Positions 1-13,638 of a stretch of 64,000 bases of DNA are shown one piece after another. The translations under genes and the position numbers were made by a program. Location: positions 127,658,001-127,722,000 of the forward strand of contig NC_042998.1 in NCBI RefSeq assembly GCF_006345805.1. The letters run 5' to 3'. The notes under the pieces are model-generated. The model did no database searches and was not told the origin of the DNA. It saw only the letters and a program-made list of their open reading frames with translations. Source of the stretch: Octopus sinensis. Taxonomy: Eukaryota. Within the stretch, counting starts at the first letter, position 1; each line of letters opens with the position of its first letter.

Positions 1-1464
1 GCTTTAGAATTTTGTATAATTAATCTTACTACCGTTAGATAAAGTAATATAGAGTTCAGGGGATGTTGGCTCTGGAAAAAGATCCATTTTTCTTGGTGAT
101 ACTGTTATTGTGTTTGCTGTCTTTTAGCTTTTTAACACTTAACAAAACTAGTGTAGATGATGATCTTGTCACTATTCTTATTCATGTTATTGGTATTTTA
201 ATTATTGCTTCTGTGAGTGATGACATTGCTGTTCATTCAGCTTTTATTTATTCTGCTGCTATTTGGTTTCATTACATATTTTGGCTATTTTATGATTGCT
301 GCTCCTATTGTTCGTGCTGCTAGAACTGCTTTTACTACCGCTGTAGTTTTTTTGTTTTTTTTTGCTTTTATCACTATTGTTGTTGAAGGTTTTGCTGCCG
401 CGAACCACCACTATGCTTTACGGCATAATATTATCACACATGTTGGTAATTTATGTGTTTATAACATTTTTTTCAGAATGTTTTCGAAAAATCTATATCT
501 TCTTTTACGAGAGAATAATTTTCCATTTCCTTTAGAAAGCCGATGGGAAAAGACATTGCATTCTTAGCGTCGAAACCACTTCTATTAGGCTCACCGCCTA
601 TTTCACATTCTTCTCCAAGTGTTAACACTAACGTTGGCATGTACAAAAATTCTATCAGCTTGCCAAGACAAGCGAGAAAGAAGCATATATATCTGTCTCC
701 TTCCTGATTCAGCCCCACCGAAAAAAAAAGGAAAGAAAAGAAAATATGCTAATCAATTCAACTTCAGTCATTGAAACTGAAGTTAGAAAACAGTATTCTT
801 TGAATCTGATGTCTAGAAATACAGAAAATAGAGAGTCAAAACTCTTTCACTAGAAATATGCTAGTATTCGACGGAATTTAGGAAAATATTAACAAACGCT
901 CGGAGACTAGCTCTCAACTGTCGGTAGTAAAACCAAAAAGCTATAAATGAGCATGGGATGAGTTCGTTCCTACATTATGAATTATTGTAAGCATAAACTT
1001 AAATTATAAACAGGAAACTATTACATTCTCGTGTAAAATTTCGAGAGGACTTAAAGGTAACTTTGAATATAAAAAGACTAGCTCATCTAAGAAGACTCTT
1101 TCACAGAGAATAGAAATTTATCACATATCAGAGAGGAAAGCTTAAAAGAAACGAAGAAAACGTAACGGAAACACGAACAATGAACCCAAACCAAACAACG
1201 AGAATAAAGTCATTAAGCCACGAAAAAATAATAAGCATATAGAAAACTGACAATGTAACAAAATGTAATATAACTGAGCCCTGAAGCATCTACAGACTAT
1301 TGTTCATCATCAGGCGAACCATAACAACAGAAAAAGAACATGATTAGGAGATATTGAAAAATACTTAACAATAGAAAATATAAAATATGGAAATTAATAA
1401 AATAATACTAATCTAAAAATATACTTTTAGAAATACATGTAAATAAAATTTTACATGCTCACAT

Positions 1465-1810
<346 letters not shown>

Positions 1811-2535
1811 AAATAGTGAGAGAGACTGAGACTTTCGATATTTTGCTTTTACTTTTCAACCCACACTCTAAATTATCGTACGATTCAATTAAAACACCAT
1901 TTAATTAACGTTGATATTTTAAGGAATTAAGCACGTGACCACTACTTTAATGAAGCTTCCAGTTATGTTTCAACTTTCCTGTGTAATATGGTGTTTAAGC
2001 AATTAATTTGAAGAAATTATCTGAAAAAGAATCGATATGAAAATGTTCTCTGTTAGAAATTAAGATAGATATATGAATTTCACATGTACATGCTCTTCTC
2101 CAAATGCACCCCAAAAAAGCAAAACTCTTATGCTAGGTTGTTAGATATAAGTAAAGAAATCGATGAACCTTGTTTTTCAATTGTTTAGTTCCAGTTTGGG
2201 ATTGAAGAATATTACCTTTATGCAAAACATGTGTCAAACAATCTGGGGCTATTTTTTTAAAATATGAATTTCAGGTTTACTTCTGAATATGAAAAGAATA
2301 TAGTAGAAATCTAATTAATTAAATATTGATTTCTTCTCGTTACATACAAGTCCTTCAATTTATCTTCCAGGATAAAACAATCAACCAGACGATAGCCATC
2401 ATCTTCAATATCAATATATCAGCAACTCCATTACAGCCGTGAACATATATATATGTGTGCGTGTATGTGTGTGTATGTATGTGTGTGTGTGCATCTATGT
2501 ATATATGTTATATGTAAGTATACAAACACTTCCCT

Positions 2536-2568
<33 letters not shown>

Positions 2569-3244
2569 GAAAGCGTGAAAGAGAGCAAAGAAAGATAATC
2601 AAGAGGAAATATAGAAAGAGAAAAAAATGAGGGTGATGATATTTAAAAATATGAGTGTAATTCATTTTGGGAACAGCTAAAGTTAATTACACTACCATCG
2701 CATTTAATGCTTGCAAATGTTTCAAACATTCTTAATTTCAAAATTTGTTACTTAACACAACGAACATGTTGTCATCTCCAATTTAGATGTCAGCATGCTT
2801 AACCTATACTTAGCTTTTAGTATTTCAAAAACACAATTATGGCTTCTATTTTCAAAATAGCAATTCTCTGAATATGACTTTTATTAGCAGATGTCAGATC
2901 TTTAAGCATGCACTTATATTCTTAACAAGATCGTAGATAACATCTGTCTGATTTTTAAAAAAAACGCGTAATTGATAAAAATAAAATGTTCAAAGCTGAA
3001 CAATGCAATACAGGCATTGGTTGACTTTACCTCTGACTCTACTGCCGTATAATATGCAATGATTTGATGAACAACTTGCCTAAAATAAAATATCAAATTT
3101 GAAAATATCGAAAATTGGCTACAATTGGAAAGTTTGGAGAAAAGCTAGATGAGACAGGTGTAAAAGGTGAGATCTCCCAATATCTTTGTTGAAATACCTG
3201 AAGCTAAACTAAGAAATTAACATGAGACTGATGTCTCTATTATT

Positions 3245-3302
3245 ATATACATACATACATACATACATACATACATACATACATACATACATACACACAC
3301 AT

Positions 3303-3378
<76 letters not shown>

Positions 3379-3391
3379 GTAGGTAGGTAGG

Positions 3392-3475
<84 letters not shown>

Positions 3476-3480
3476 CAGAC
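3245..3480. repeat. (TACA)n followed by (TAGA)n tetranucleotide microsatellite
   Basis: Direct tandem repeats. Confidence 0.97.
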
Positions 3481-4137
3481 AGTTATTCCATGTTCACTAC
3501 TACAAATTAGCTGTGCCCGGCAGCTTAAAATAAAGAATTCAAAAGTAAGTCTATAAGTGGATAAAATATTTAATTCATATCTTGTCTATAACATCATATC
3601 TCATCGGTGGATAATAACACTATGGTACTATTGGACATCTGCTTATGATGTGGGTAATATGTTCGGTGTGAACTCCACAGAGTTTGCACCAGTTAACATA
3701 TTTGGATGTTTTCCCTGCATGTATGTATAGGTGTATGCTATTATGTATAAAATATTCGTTTACTCTCATTTCAGCGAAACGTGCGTACATCTGCTGACGT
3801 CAATAATTTACTCAAATATATCAAATATATATCTTCATTATTTTACTTCTACTATTCATTCGATTCTTTCTATACTCGGAACTGTCTTGAAGGTCTTAGT
3901 AAAAAAGGAAAAAGGGACGCAAGTACTTAATTTTTTAGTCTGGCACGTTGTCTATTGATTGTTTTTCACAAACTGCTCAGTTACAAAGGCATAAATGCTT
4001 TATCAAATTTGCACTCACGAGCACAGCGGCGGTGCATCGATAAACAAATCCGTTGTATAGTAGCCACTATATATATAAGACCACTGTTTTCAGTTCTAGA
4101 TCGTAAGACGTGAAATCATCGCTACTATACAACGAAT

Positions 4138-4180
<43 letters not shown>

Positions 4181-4230
4181 TCTCTGTATATATGTAAACA
4201 GAAGCATACATATATGTACACTCGCGCGCG

Positions 4231-4279
<49 letters not shown>

Positions 4280-6225
4280 AAGTTGACATTTATAGCCCTG
4301 TGTTGTACAAATTATGAAAGTTCTCATTTAACTGATATATGAACAGAGTTTCGTGTAGACCCTAAAGACCTATAACGAGAACTTCTTTCATTTTGTTAAT
4401 GTATCAACATCGAAGATTCATTCATTAATTTTCTCTTCACACATCGAATTGTTGTAATAAAGTCCTCAATATTCCATTTATCTGGTGTTTTTCTCGCGTT
4501 ACTTTACCGCAGGCGTGTCATAAAGCATTGAAAGAAACATTGAAGTTTATACTCTATCCCTCCTTCTCCTTCTTCCTTCTTCCCTTTCTACCTCCTCATC
4601 ATCATTACTAAATCACGGCCATTTTTGAATTATTTGATATATGCTTATGAGTGTGATTCTCTCTGATAAGGTCGAGGCGACATTGTGCGTAGAAATGCGA
4701 ACGTGTATGCTGGCTGCCGCTACTGTGTCTGCTGTTGTTGCTGATGGTGGTGATGTTTTCGATTGTCTTTGTTGCCGACGTTTTAGTTTCTGCTGTTGTT
4801 TTTGCTGATGTAGAGGCTTCCTTTTGTCTCTGTAATACAGGTGGCGTTAATTGCGCAACTGGAGTACAGTGTGTCATGTTGTGTACTTATTTAAGTACAC
4901 CAAGAGCAAGTAAACGAGGGAGTCACATGTGATTGAGCAAATCACACTACGCCTTAAACACGTTATACACTTTAGTCCATAAAATACATATAAGCAAAAA
5001 ACGTTAGTTATGACTGAGGTGATTCAATCAGCGCTGATGGAGTAAACAATAGCAGAAACAGCAACAAGTGCATTAACAAATATCTCAGCACCACTACCAC
5101 CATCAATGACAATAACAACGTAGGTACATGACTGGAACAGTAAGAAATGAAATGCGAATTCCTATTTATTACTCTCTATTATCTGCCATTCACTTTCTGT
5201 TATCGATGAGAAGTATATTTGGCATCATTTGAATAACGCTAGTAGATTCTCACCAAGGTGAGTATCCATCACCTCTCGTACTAAGTATACAACGATAAGA
5301 GTCCAGTATCGCCTTAAAGAAAACTATAGTGTGTGGAGATGCAATACTTACCCAGTAACAGACATCTTTAAGAAAGTTAGTTATTGTTCTTCACTTTTGT
5401 AGAATACGTTGTTGTTTAGCTCCAAGTCAGCTTTGGGAATCATACATATATAGACAAATACATTTCCAGCTAAAAATCGCGTCAAAGCAGATATATAAAA
5501 CGGTAGAGTTGAAGTATGGTACACTTGTGCGCTGTTTCTTCCTCGCAGTTATATTGATCATATAGTGAGTTCCTTGTCACATGGGAATATACAAATATAT
5601 TCATAAAAGTTGTGAGTGTATAAATTTCTGTTACGCATCAAACATTTGACTGTATTTCTACTTGCAAAACTGATTTCCGCACAAAATATCAAATTAGTCA
5701 AGAACCAATGAGGTAACATCTGAAAGAGACACATGATATGTTACAAGTAGTGGGCAAACCAACATCAGATCGCATCCCACTGATTTATAATAAGGAAGTC
5801 CGCATTAGAGTTGGCAGTCCTAGTTACAGCATTTCTGCACAAAGACAGGCTAGTCGTGATCAGAATTTCTTTAAAACACGTAATCAAACGCCAACCAAAT
5901 GAATTCCCTCTCTGTGTGTACGAGAAAGAAAAGAAAAAACAGAAAGAAACAAAGAAACAATGAAACGAGGAAGCCAAGGAGAAGAAACTGCATTTTTATA
6001 TACAAAAGAGAGTGAGATGAGTAGATGTGTGTAAGGAGTGAAGGGATGTGTAAATAGAAAGGGAGACAAACAAATGAAACAATGATGCTCATGAGGCTAA
6101 ACACTGAATGCAAGATTGTACTCACGTGCTTTTATGCACATGAGGTGTGTGAGACAGTAAATATGTATGGGAGACGATAAATGTATCATTTTGGCAGGGT
6201 AGTATGCATGAAGCACATTGATGTG

Positions 6226-6265
<40 letters not shown>

Positions 6266-6328
6266 GTGTGTGTGTGTTTGTGTGTGTGTATGTGTGTGTA
6301 TGTGTGTGTGTGTATGTGTGTGTGTGTG

Positions 6329-6364
<36 letters not shown>

Positions 6365-6789
6365 AACTAAGGTCATTCACGTAACATTTCATATCTCGAA
6401 CATGTAATCACATAATGCTTTTTCTTTCATATAGAATATACACGCATAAAATCATGGAAGATGAAAAACAACTCACCAATACAAGCATATAAGAAAAATA
6501 TAAGAAAAATGTGTGAATACAGTCCATCGCGGTTAAAAGTTAATGATTAATAATTTAGCGACTAAAAAAATATATATCTTTTAACATTACAATATCTAGA
6601 ATAATAAATACATAAAATATAAAGAAATATATAAATATATAGATATATAAATATATAAAAATACATATATATATAGGAAACATATAAATAAATAATATAT
6701 AATATATAAGGTAAGATAAAAGTTCATCGTTTAGGAATTTTTTTGATTAAAACTTACTTTTCAAGATAAGGGAAACCTATTGTTAGAAG

Positions 6790-6975
6790 CCAGTGTCCAA
6801 GCAAAAAAGAATAAACCAGTGTCTCTCTGTGTATCTTTCTGTTGAAGAGCGTAGGCTCGAAACGTTAAAGACTTGTTTTATTTATATTTCCTGAGCGCCA
6901 TACTAATACAATTGTTCGTTTGTTTTCCACCTGCCTTCGTCTTTTGTTTATTTTCATAAAGCTTCCCGTTATATA
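6790..6975 (+). mobile_element. PLE-type terminal-repeat (pLTR) fragment carrying a minimal hammerhead
   Basis: Shares ctgtYgaagagcgtaggctcgaaacgtNaaagac and downstream sequence with the copies at 7450-7690 and 16640-16860; ends in (TA)n. Confidence 0.7.
6834..6871 (+). ncRNA. Minimal type I hammerhead ribozyme-like motif (A6U variant)
   Basis: tcttt-CTGTTGA-a-gagc/gtag/gctc-GAA-ACGT-T-aaaga: stem I tcttt/aaaga, stem II gagc/gctc, palindromic ACGT stem III. Confidence 0.6.
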
Positions 6976-7449
6976 TATATACACTTGTGTGTAATTTCAA
7001 AACAAAGAAAATTAGGCTATGATAAATTAATTTTGCAAATGCTACATTGCGAAAGATGCACCTGCCCAGAATTATGATATATGTGACCATTAAGTATGCG
7101 CACATATATACATACGCATATAAATATACACTTATAGGATAATGTACCAAAATTTTATACCCATTTATACAATTACATACACGAATTCAATGAAATACAG
7201 AAACACAAACATATTCACATATGTAAATATTATATATATATATGTGTGTGTGTGTGTGTCTGTGTATACTAATATATACATATTCTCAAATGTATGTATA
7301 TATATGTGAAGTATATTTGCCACATAAATGTGGCTAACCACTAAAGGTGGATGCTACTTTTGTCGTGCAGCTACTGTTTATACCTCGTTCAGAGATTTAT
7401 TATTGCTTACGTATATATAATTATACATTCAAACTCTCTTATATATATA

Positions 7450-7690
7450 TATATATATAGTGGGAATGTACGAAAAGACAAAAGACGAAGACGGATGTGT
7501 AAACAACAAACAGATGTATAAGTTTAACGCTCGGGAAACGAGAAAGTCTTTTACGTTTCGAGCCTACGCTCTTCGACAGAAAGGAACACAGAAATAAACT
7601 AGGAAAGAAAATAAAAAAAGGTTTAGTGGCTAGCGGTCTATCATGGCGAATGCTGGGCAGAGGGGTCACACACGAGAGCAATGTATAGAT
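7450..7690 (-). mobile_element. PLE-type terminal-repeat fragment, same family as 6790-6975, opposite orientation
   Basis: Reverse complement reads ...cctttctgtcgaagagcgtaggctcgaaacgtaaaagactttctc... and ends in (TA)n. Confidence 0.7.
7548..7583 (-). ncRNA. Minimal type I hammerhead ribozyme-like motif (A6U variant)
   Basis: cttt-CTGTCGA-a-gagc/gtag/gctc-GAA-ACGT-A-aaag on the minus strand; GUA cleavage triplet. Confidence 0.65.
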
Positions 7691-8732
7691 ATCTCTATCT
7701 TTTATCTTATACTCGTTTCAATCATTAGACCATGACCATGCTGGAACACAGTGTTGAAGAGAGATAGAAAGGAAAACGAAGAACGGTTAGAAATAGAAGT
7801 CTCCCTCTCCCTCTCAATCTCTTTCTCTCTCTCTCTCCTTCGCTTCCTTTCTCCTCTGCACTCTATGTCTCCTGACCGATACCTGAACGTAACCCGTGGC
7901 CAGCCTTATTTTTCTGTCACTCTCTGCTTTTACACCAGTCGTAAGGTCTCTAGTCTCCCTCATCAACCTGTCTCGTTGTCTCTTGACCTGCTGTTTTCAA
8001 TCCTTTAGTATTTCCCTCTAAGTGTTACCCATACTTCGTTTTCATCCAGCCTGACATCTTCATTCTGTGTTTTTTTTTAATCGTTTTTGTCCCTTGTCTC
8101 TCCATCAGTGGCCTCGTCATGAATTACATTAATTTTTGCATTTTCACTTCTGTATTGCTTGTTATCCATATTTTATTTGTCTGTTATCAGTCCCATATTC
8201 TCTGCAGCTCTCGTAGGTGCCATCATCTGGGAAACAATATTATCGTTAAAGGCACGAGATTGCGTTAGACCCACTGGACGATACCCTTCTGTGTCTGTTT
8301 TCGTTTATGCGTTTACTATACAGTTTTTAATTTTTTAGCCTATTAATTAACGGAACGAAACTTGTCCTTGGTTTTATTCACTGTATGATATACATACATG
8401 CATACATACATATGTGTGTGTGTGTGTGTGTGTGTGTATACAAATATATATTTGCTGGCAAGATCATTACCGCGCCGGATAAACTGCTACGTCCCGCGCC
8501 TAAGTTCTGCCGCAGTCTACAGTATTATTCATCCGTCCGCTGCCAATAAAATAAGTACCAGTTGAGCACTGATGTAACCTTCGCACAGAATTGCTGGCCT
8601 TATCCTAAAATTTGAAATCAGTATAATGCTTAATGTCAATATGCTGTGGTAGCGTATCACAATGTAAATTTATGAATGAATTTTTAATGTAGACATCATC
8701 CTCAACACATTATACTGTTTTTATACGTATGT

Positions 8733-8799
<67 letters not shown>

Positions 8800-9040
8800 T
8801 ATAATTTTTAAATAATATATTATTATTAATATTAGGAAATCAATATCAGAAGACACATCAGAAAGATATGTACGTGTGAAAAATATTTGATGTAATAAAA
8901 AAATAAATAAATAAATATAAATATGTATAAAAATATATGTAAATATGTATAAGTATAAATATATAATGAATATGACAATTTAAAGAAAGAGAGAAAAGGA
9001 GAGAGAGATAGAGTTATGTGTGTATATATATATATATATC

Positions 9041-9071
<31 letters not shown>

Positions 9072-9109
9072 TGATCAAAATAAAATAAAAACATGATGCG
9101 AAGGATTCA

Positions 9110-9187
9110 GCGGTACATATGTTTCGGGCCTTTATTAGACAGATTTATAACAATGCATAATGTATGTCTGTGGCCTTCTTCAGCCGC
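9110..9187 (-). ncRNA. Type I hammerhead ribozyme at the 3' end of the PLE
   Basis: Minus strand: gcgg-CUGAAGA-a-ggcc...(~40 nt)...ggcc-c-GAA-AC-auau-GU-A-ccgc. All core nucleotides are present, with 4-bp stem I, palindromic CAUAUG stem III and predicted cleavage between 9114 and 9113. Confidence 0.82.
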
Positions 9188-10856
9188 GCACAACAGCTTC
9201 CACAAGGACATGTGTTACATCAAAAATTCTTGGTTGGGGATGCAAATCCTCTCATTCACGTACGACATAATGCGGCAGCAGCATAGAGTTGAAGCGTCCA
9301 TCTCTTTCTTCTCTCAATGTAGAATGAGGAAAATTGGATGTTGAGGTAATGTAAATAAATAAATACATATATAGAGGTGAAGATGGAGGGGCGAGAGTTC
9401 GGGACGAGGGATAAAAAATGTATAAAAAGTGTAAGTATAGAATAATATAAAAATGTAGAGGATAAAGGGTTGTAAGGAGATGTAAGGGGGGTATAAAGAA
9501 ATATAAAGTAAAAATAGAAATAGAAATAAAAGTAAAAAAACCTGATAAAAACGTGATAAAAGTGTAAAAGAATGTAAAGATAAGGGATGTATAGAGGTTA
9601 TGGACCAAGCATGGTGGTCAGGAGATTGATAAAATTTAGTTGTAGAATTGTCAGTACATCAACAGTTTCGTCTGGGGACTTAATGCGTTGTAAATCAGAG
9701 CTGATGAGCATTTAATCTGGTTCCTTGAATTAAATGGACTTCTAGTACATACATATCATCATGGATATATACACCCACATACACGCGTACATATACGCCT
9801 CCAAGCCTATAAGCATACACACGCACTCGCGTGTAAACACGTACATAAACACACACGCACCCACACGCACGCGCGTACACACACATACATACAACAGAAT
9901 ATCCGCATATATACACGGACATTACGCGCGTACACGCTCACATGTATATACGCGCGCCCATCACTACATACACACACGTATATGCCCACGCCTCTAGGTC
10001 CAGGTATAAGATATTAAAGGATGTGTATAAGAACGTATGTAAAGAATCCCGTACTCATGTCAATACGCGCACGCACACACGGCTGTGTGTCCGTATGTGC
10101 GTGCACATATACACTCATATACACACACAGAGACACACGCGCACATGGTATAGCTATAAGATATCGAAGTATGCATGTACATATATGCGCGTGCATATGT
10201 ATGTATGCGTATACACACGTACGCGGACGCTCGTATATTCAAAAGGTGGATCCATAGGTAAGTAAATAAACATATATAGAGGTGTAAAGCGATAAGTTAG
10301 GGGTAAGAATGAGGGTAAGAGTAAAGATTAGAAATAAAAAATACAGTATAAAATAAGAAATACAATGTAATAGTTAGAAATGAAGTATAAGAATTATAAA
10401 AATTATAAGAGTTAAGGTAAGGGATGAAAATGAAAATGAGAATAAATGGAAGTAGAATAAAAGTAAAAATAAAATTAAAAATAAAAATAAAAATAAATGG
10501 AAGTAGGATAAAAGTAAAAATAAAAGTAAAAATAAAAATAAAATAAAATAAGATAAAAATATAATTTTGTAAAGTTTAACATGAGATGAAGGTGGTTGAA
10601 AGTTAGAGGTGTGTGTTAAACGTAGGGGCGGGCGGGGGGAACTGAAAATTGGAAGGGTGGGAAGTGGAGTTTGGCGGTGTGCGTTCAACATCTGAGTTAG
10701 AAATGTGAAAGGGTATAGATATAGGGGATTAAAAAGACTACATAGGGAGGATATGGGTGTAGGAGAAGAAATATTTAGGGAAAAGAAGTCATATATGGGA
10801 GACAAAATTTGTATATATAGGGGGAAAATGCAGGGAACCCTATATGCACGTACACA

Positions 10857-10892
<36 letters not shown>

Positions 10893-11058
10893 TGTACATA
10901 TATATGTATATGTACAGATACGTACACGTATGTGCACATACATACGCACACACACACACACATACACATATACACGCACATATAGGAAAGCGGGATGTGC
11001 TGGAGCCGACAGGTTGCACCGGGTGGGAGGAAATTGCATGGGGGAGTTGGTATAAGAC

Positions 11059-13187
11059 CTAAGCATTGTAGTATTTGAAAGTATTAATAAGTTTATGTAT
11101 ACAGGATGGTTTGAACTCTGACCTTTTGTTAATAAGATTGTGTTTGTCTTTGAATTTCAAGATGTTAAGGAGTTCTACACAGCATAGTTGGCATGCTGCT
11201 CTATTATTTAAATAAGGTGCAGCTGATCCGATGATGGACCATCTGAGTTTGAAGCCTATGCATTTGTCTTTTAATTCCCAAATTCTTTTAGAGAGGGAGG
11301 TGCTGTTAGCCTTATGTCTGTGTCTCAGCGAGGACCGGTGGTTGTAGTATCTGGATTTCCAGGAGGTTGAGCAACCAATATAGGTGAGTGTGTTAAACTG
11401 AGTACTCACCTCACATGAGTATATTACGTTTTTCGCCCTACATGCGCCCTGCAGCGGGCACTCTGATGCACATCTGCAGTTGCATTGCATTGCATTGTTC
11501 GGTCGTGTGCTGCTAATCCCAGGCGGAGGTGTTGCAATACGAGTGGGGGCGTTGGTATCCTCCTGGTTGTTGATGGGTGTAGTATTTCCTCTGTTGTGTT
11601 GGCGGGTGTTATTACTAACTGTTTGGGTAGTATGGCTGCCAGTCTGGTTATATTGTCTACTGTCTGGATGAGGGGGGTTCTGTTGGTCGCTATGGTTTGC
11701 TCTTGATCTAGCTGTTCTAATATTAATATAGTTATGTTTAGCTATGAGGCAGCTCAAGTTGGGCAGGGTAGAGTAGGAAATCCTAATAGTTTTGTTGGAG
11801 AAGATACTTCTATACTTGTGGGTGGGTTGGAAGTTGTTGGAAATTATAGAGAATATTCTCTTACATAACTTACCCCTAACTGCTAAGTTGAAAGGTATGT
11901 TGAACCATATATATTTGCGTAATCTACTATTATCCCTTCTATTTCTCCTAATAGGATCTATATTGCTCTCGTCGGGAGGGTTACTATTGTGTGCTGTTCT
12001 ATTAGTTCGCCTATTTCCTATACGTTGTTTGGAGTTTAAATTAGAATTATCGCTAGTGTGAGTTGAGTGCTGAGTTCGATTATAATTGGGAGTCTTATGG
12101 CCGACGGACGCTCCCGGGTGGTCTACATATGATATTCTCTGGTTATACCCGGCACTATAGAGAGCCTGGTTGTAGTGTTGTGCATGATTATTGAAAATTT
12201 CTCTATTAGAGGATAGTTTTGTCAGTCTGTCTGAGATGGCTTGGACCGTGGTGCTAATTATACAGGGTGGATGGTTGGAAGAGGTATGGATGTATTTGGT
12301 AGTTTCTTCTGGTTTCCTATACGGGTAGTGTAGGTGCTTATTCAAATCTAACGTAACATCTAAGAAGTTTACTATTTTAGTATTGGTCATAAATTCTAGT
12401 TTAAGATTGAAGGCTTTGAAAAAAAGCCTGATCTTTTTCCTAATTCTTTCTAGTTTACTCCTATTGTTGGTGGGGTATATGAAGAGAGCGTCGTCTCTGT
12501 ATAGACCCCCTGAAGATCCGGTACCTCGGAGAAAAGCTTCTTGAGCAGGTAGGCCCCGACCAAGTCAGTCACCTGAGCTGAATCGCTCGAGCCCATAGCC
12601 ACATCGAAATTGTCGGGGGTATCGGATCTGGTCCAGAGTCTACCGTCGAATTCTATTATGGTTTTTCTAGCTAATAGAATTATGTCAATTTTTTCTCTGT
12701 CTATGAGTGAAACGTTGCGGGCAAAAATAAGGGATTTGTTAAGTAAGATGGGGAATATACTGGCGTAGTAGCTAGCTATGTCGAATTGGATGAATGAGTA
12801 GTCGGGCCTATTGGTGATAGTGTTAAACCATTCTAGCACATCGTTGGTGTTAATCCATAGTTGGAGTGGGATGTGGGGTTTGATGTGTGGGATCACCCTG
12901 TCCAGGATGGTCTTGCTAAGTCTGCCGATATCCGATTTAGTCGGACAGATTAATCGTACTCCTACACTATCTGGGAAGTCTTTCTTATGGTCTTTAATAG
13001 TAATTTTGGGTACTTGTGGTTTAATAGGTTCTGTTCTGTCCAGGAGGTCTAATTTGCTCATAACTTCCTTGATTTTGGTATGCATATGCCCACATTTAGA
13101 TGTATAAAAATGCAATTTTCCATACGAATTAGGGCTCAGTATTCGATAAGTCCATCTGATGAGATGATGTTTTTTGTTAAAGTCCAC
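11059..13187 (-). pseudogene. PLE reverse transcriptase-GIY-YIG endonuclease ORF with a single frameshift
   Basis: ORFs 12450-13187 and 11059-12390 join into one frame (QGGLYRDDALF...MTNTKIVNFLD) if one base is added to the C5 run at 12506-12510. Confidence 0.88.
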
Positions 13188-13250
13188 TGAAACAATTTGA
13201 AATGGAGCACTTCACACAAAAATATGCATGTATATCTATATTCATTGAAA

Positions 13251-13537
13251 AGGACAACAAACGCTAAGGCAAGACAAGCATCTCAAGTCATATACGTTAT
13301 TATTATTATTATTATCATTATTGTTATCAGAAAAATTTAGTCTTACAGCTGTTTCTGTGAACTTTTATGCTTCTCTTTTGTTCATTTCTTTATTTCTTTT
13401 CCCCCAGTACTTTATTTCATTGTTTCCTTGAACTATAACCTTTACATTTGTCCTATTTTTCTCCCATGACGGAGTATCCCACATTTTACGAAATCTCAGG
13501 AACAGCTCTAAGGCTGTAAATTTTTCTAATAATAATA

Positions 13538-13592
<55 letters not shown>

Positions 13593-13595
13593 ATC

Positions 13596-13638
<43 letters not shown>

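Larger units (their letters stand above)
9090..13190 (-). mobile_element. 5'-truncated, near-intact Penelope-like retroelement (Naiad-type, C-terminal GIY-YIG)
   Basis: RT motifs KDHK..RLICPTK, FDIASYY, FDVAMGS, (G)LYRDD, VNFLDVTLDL, SNHPP, IWFNIPF; CNC..CPLQG; VIY..YIG endonuclease; ~1.9 kb 3' UTR ending in a hammerhead. The 5' boundary is uncertain (13075-13200). Confidence 0.92.

Noticed and set aside
477-900. Splice-acceptor-like tttcAG followed by short frames including NLS-like PPKKKGKKRK
   Set aside because: All frames close within ~55 codons, and there is no donor or recognisable homology.
4608-5110. Ser/Thr/Ala-rich ORFs
   Set aside because: Decayed trinucleotide (GCT/GTT/AAC) low-complexity sequence typical of introns in this genome.
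9212-9260. SECIS-like AUGAG...UGAU arrangement just upstream of the hammerhead (some Naiads are reported to encode selenoproteins)
   Set aside because: Helix II is only ~7-8 weak pairs, the AA is ~15 nt from the core, and the retained ORF has no in-frame UGA. Worth revisiting only if full-length copies show UGA at Cys positions.
13151-13206. Plus-strand hammerhead-like motif tccat-CTGATGA...GAAAC..atgga
   Set aside because: Stem I pairs, but stem II does not and the cleavage triplet is GAA rather than GUH; at best a dead relic.
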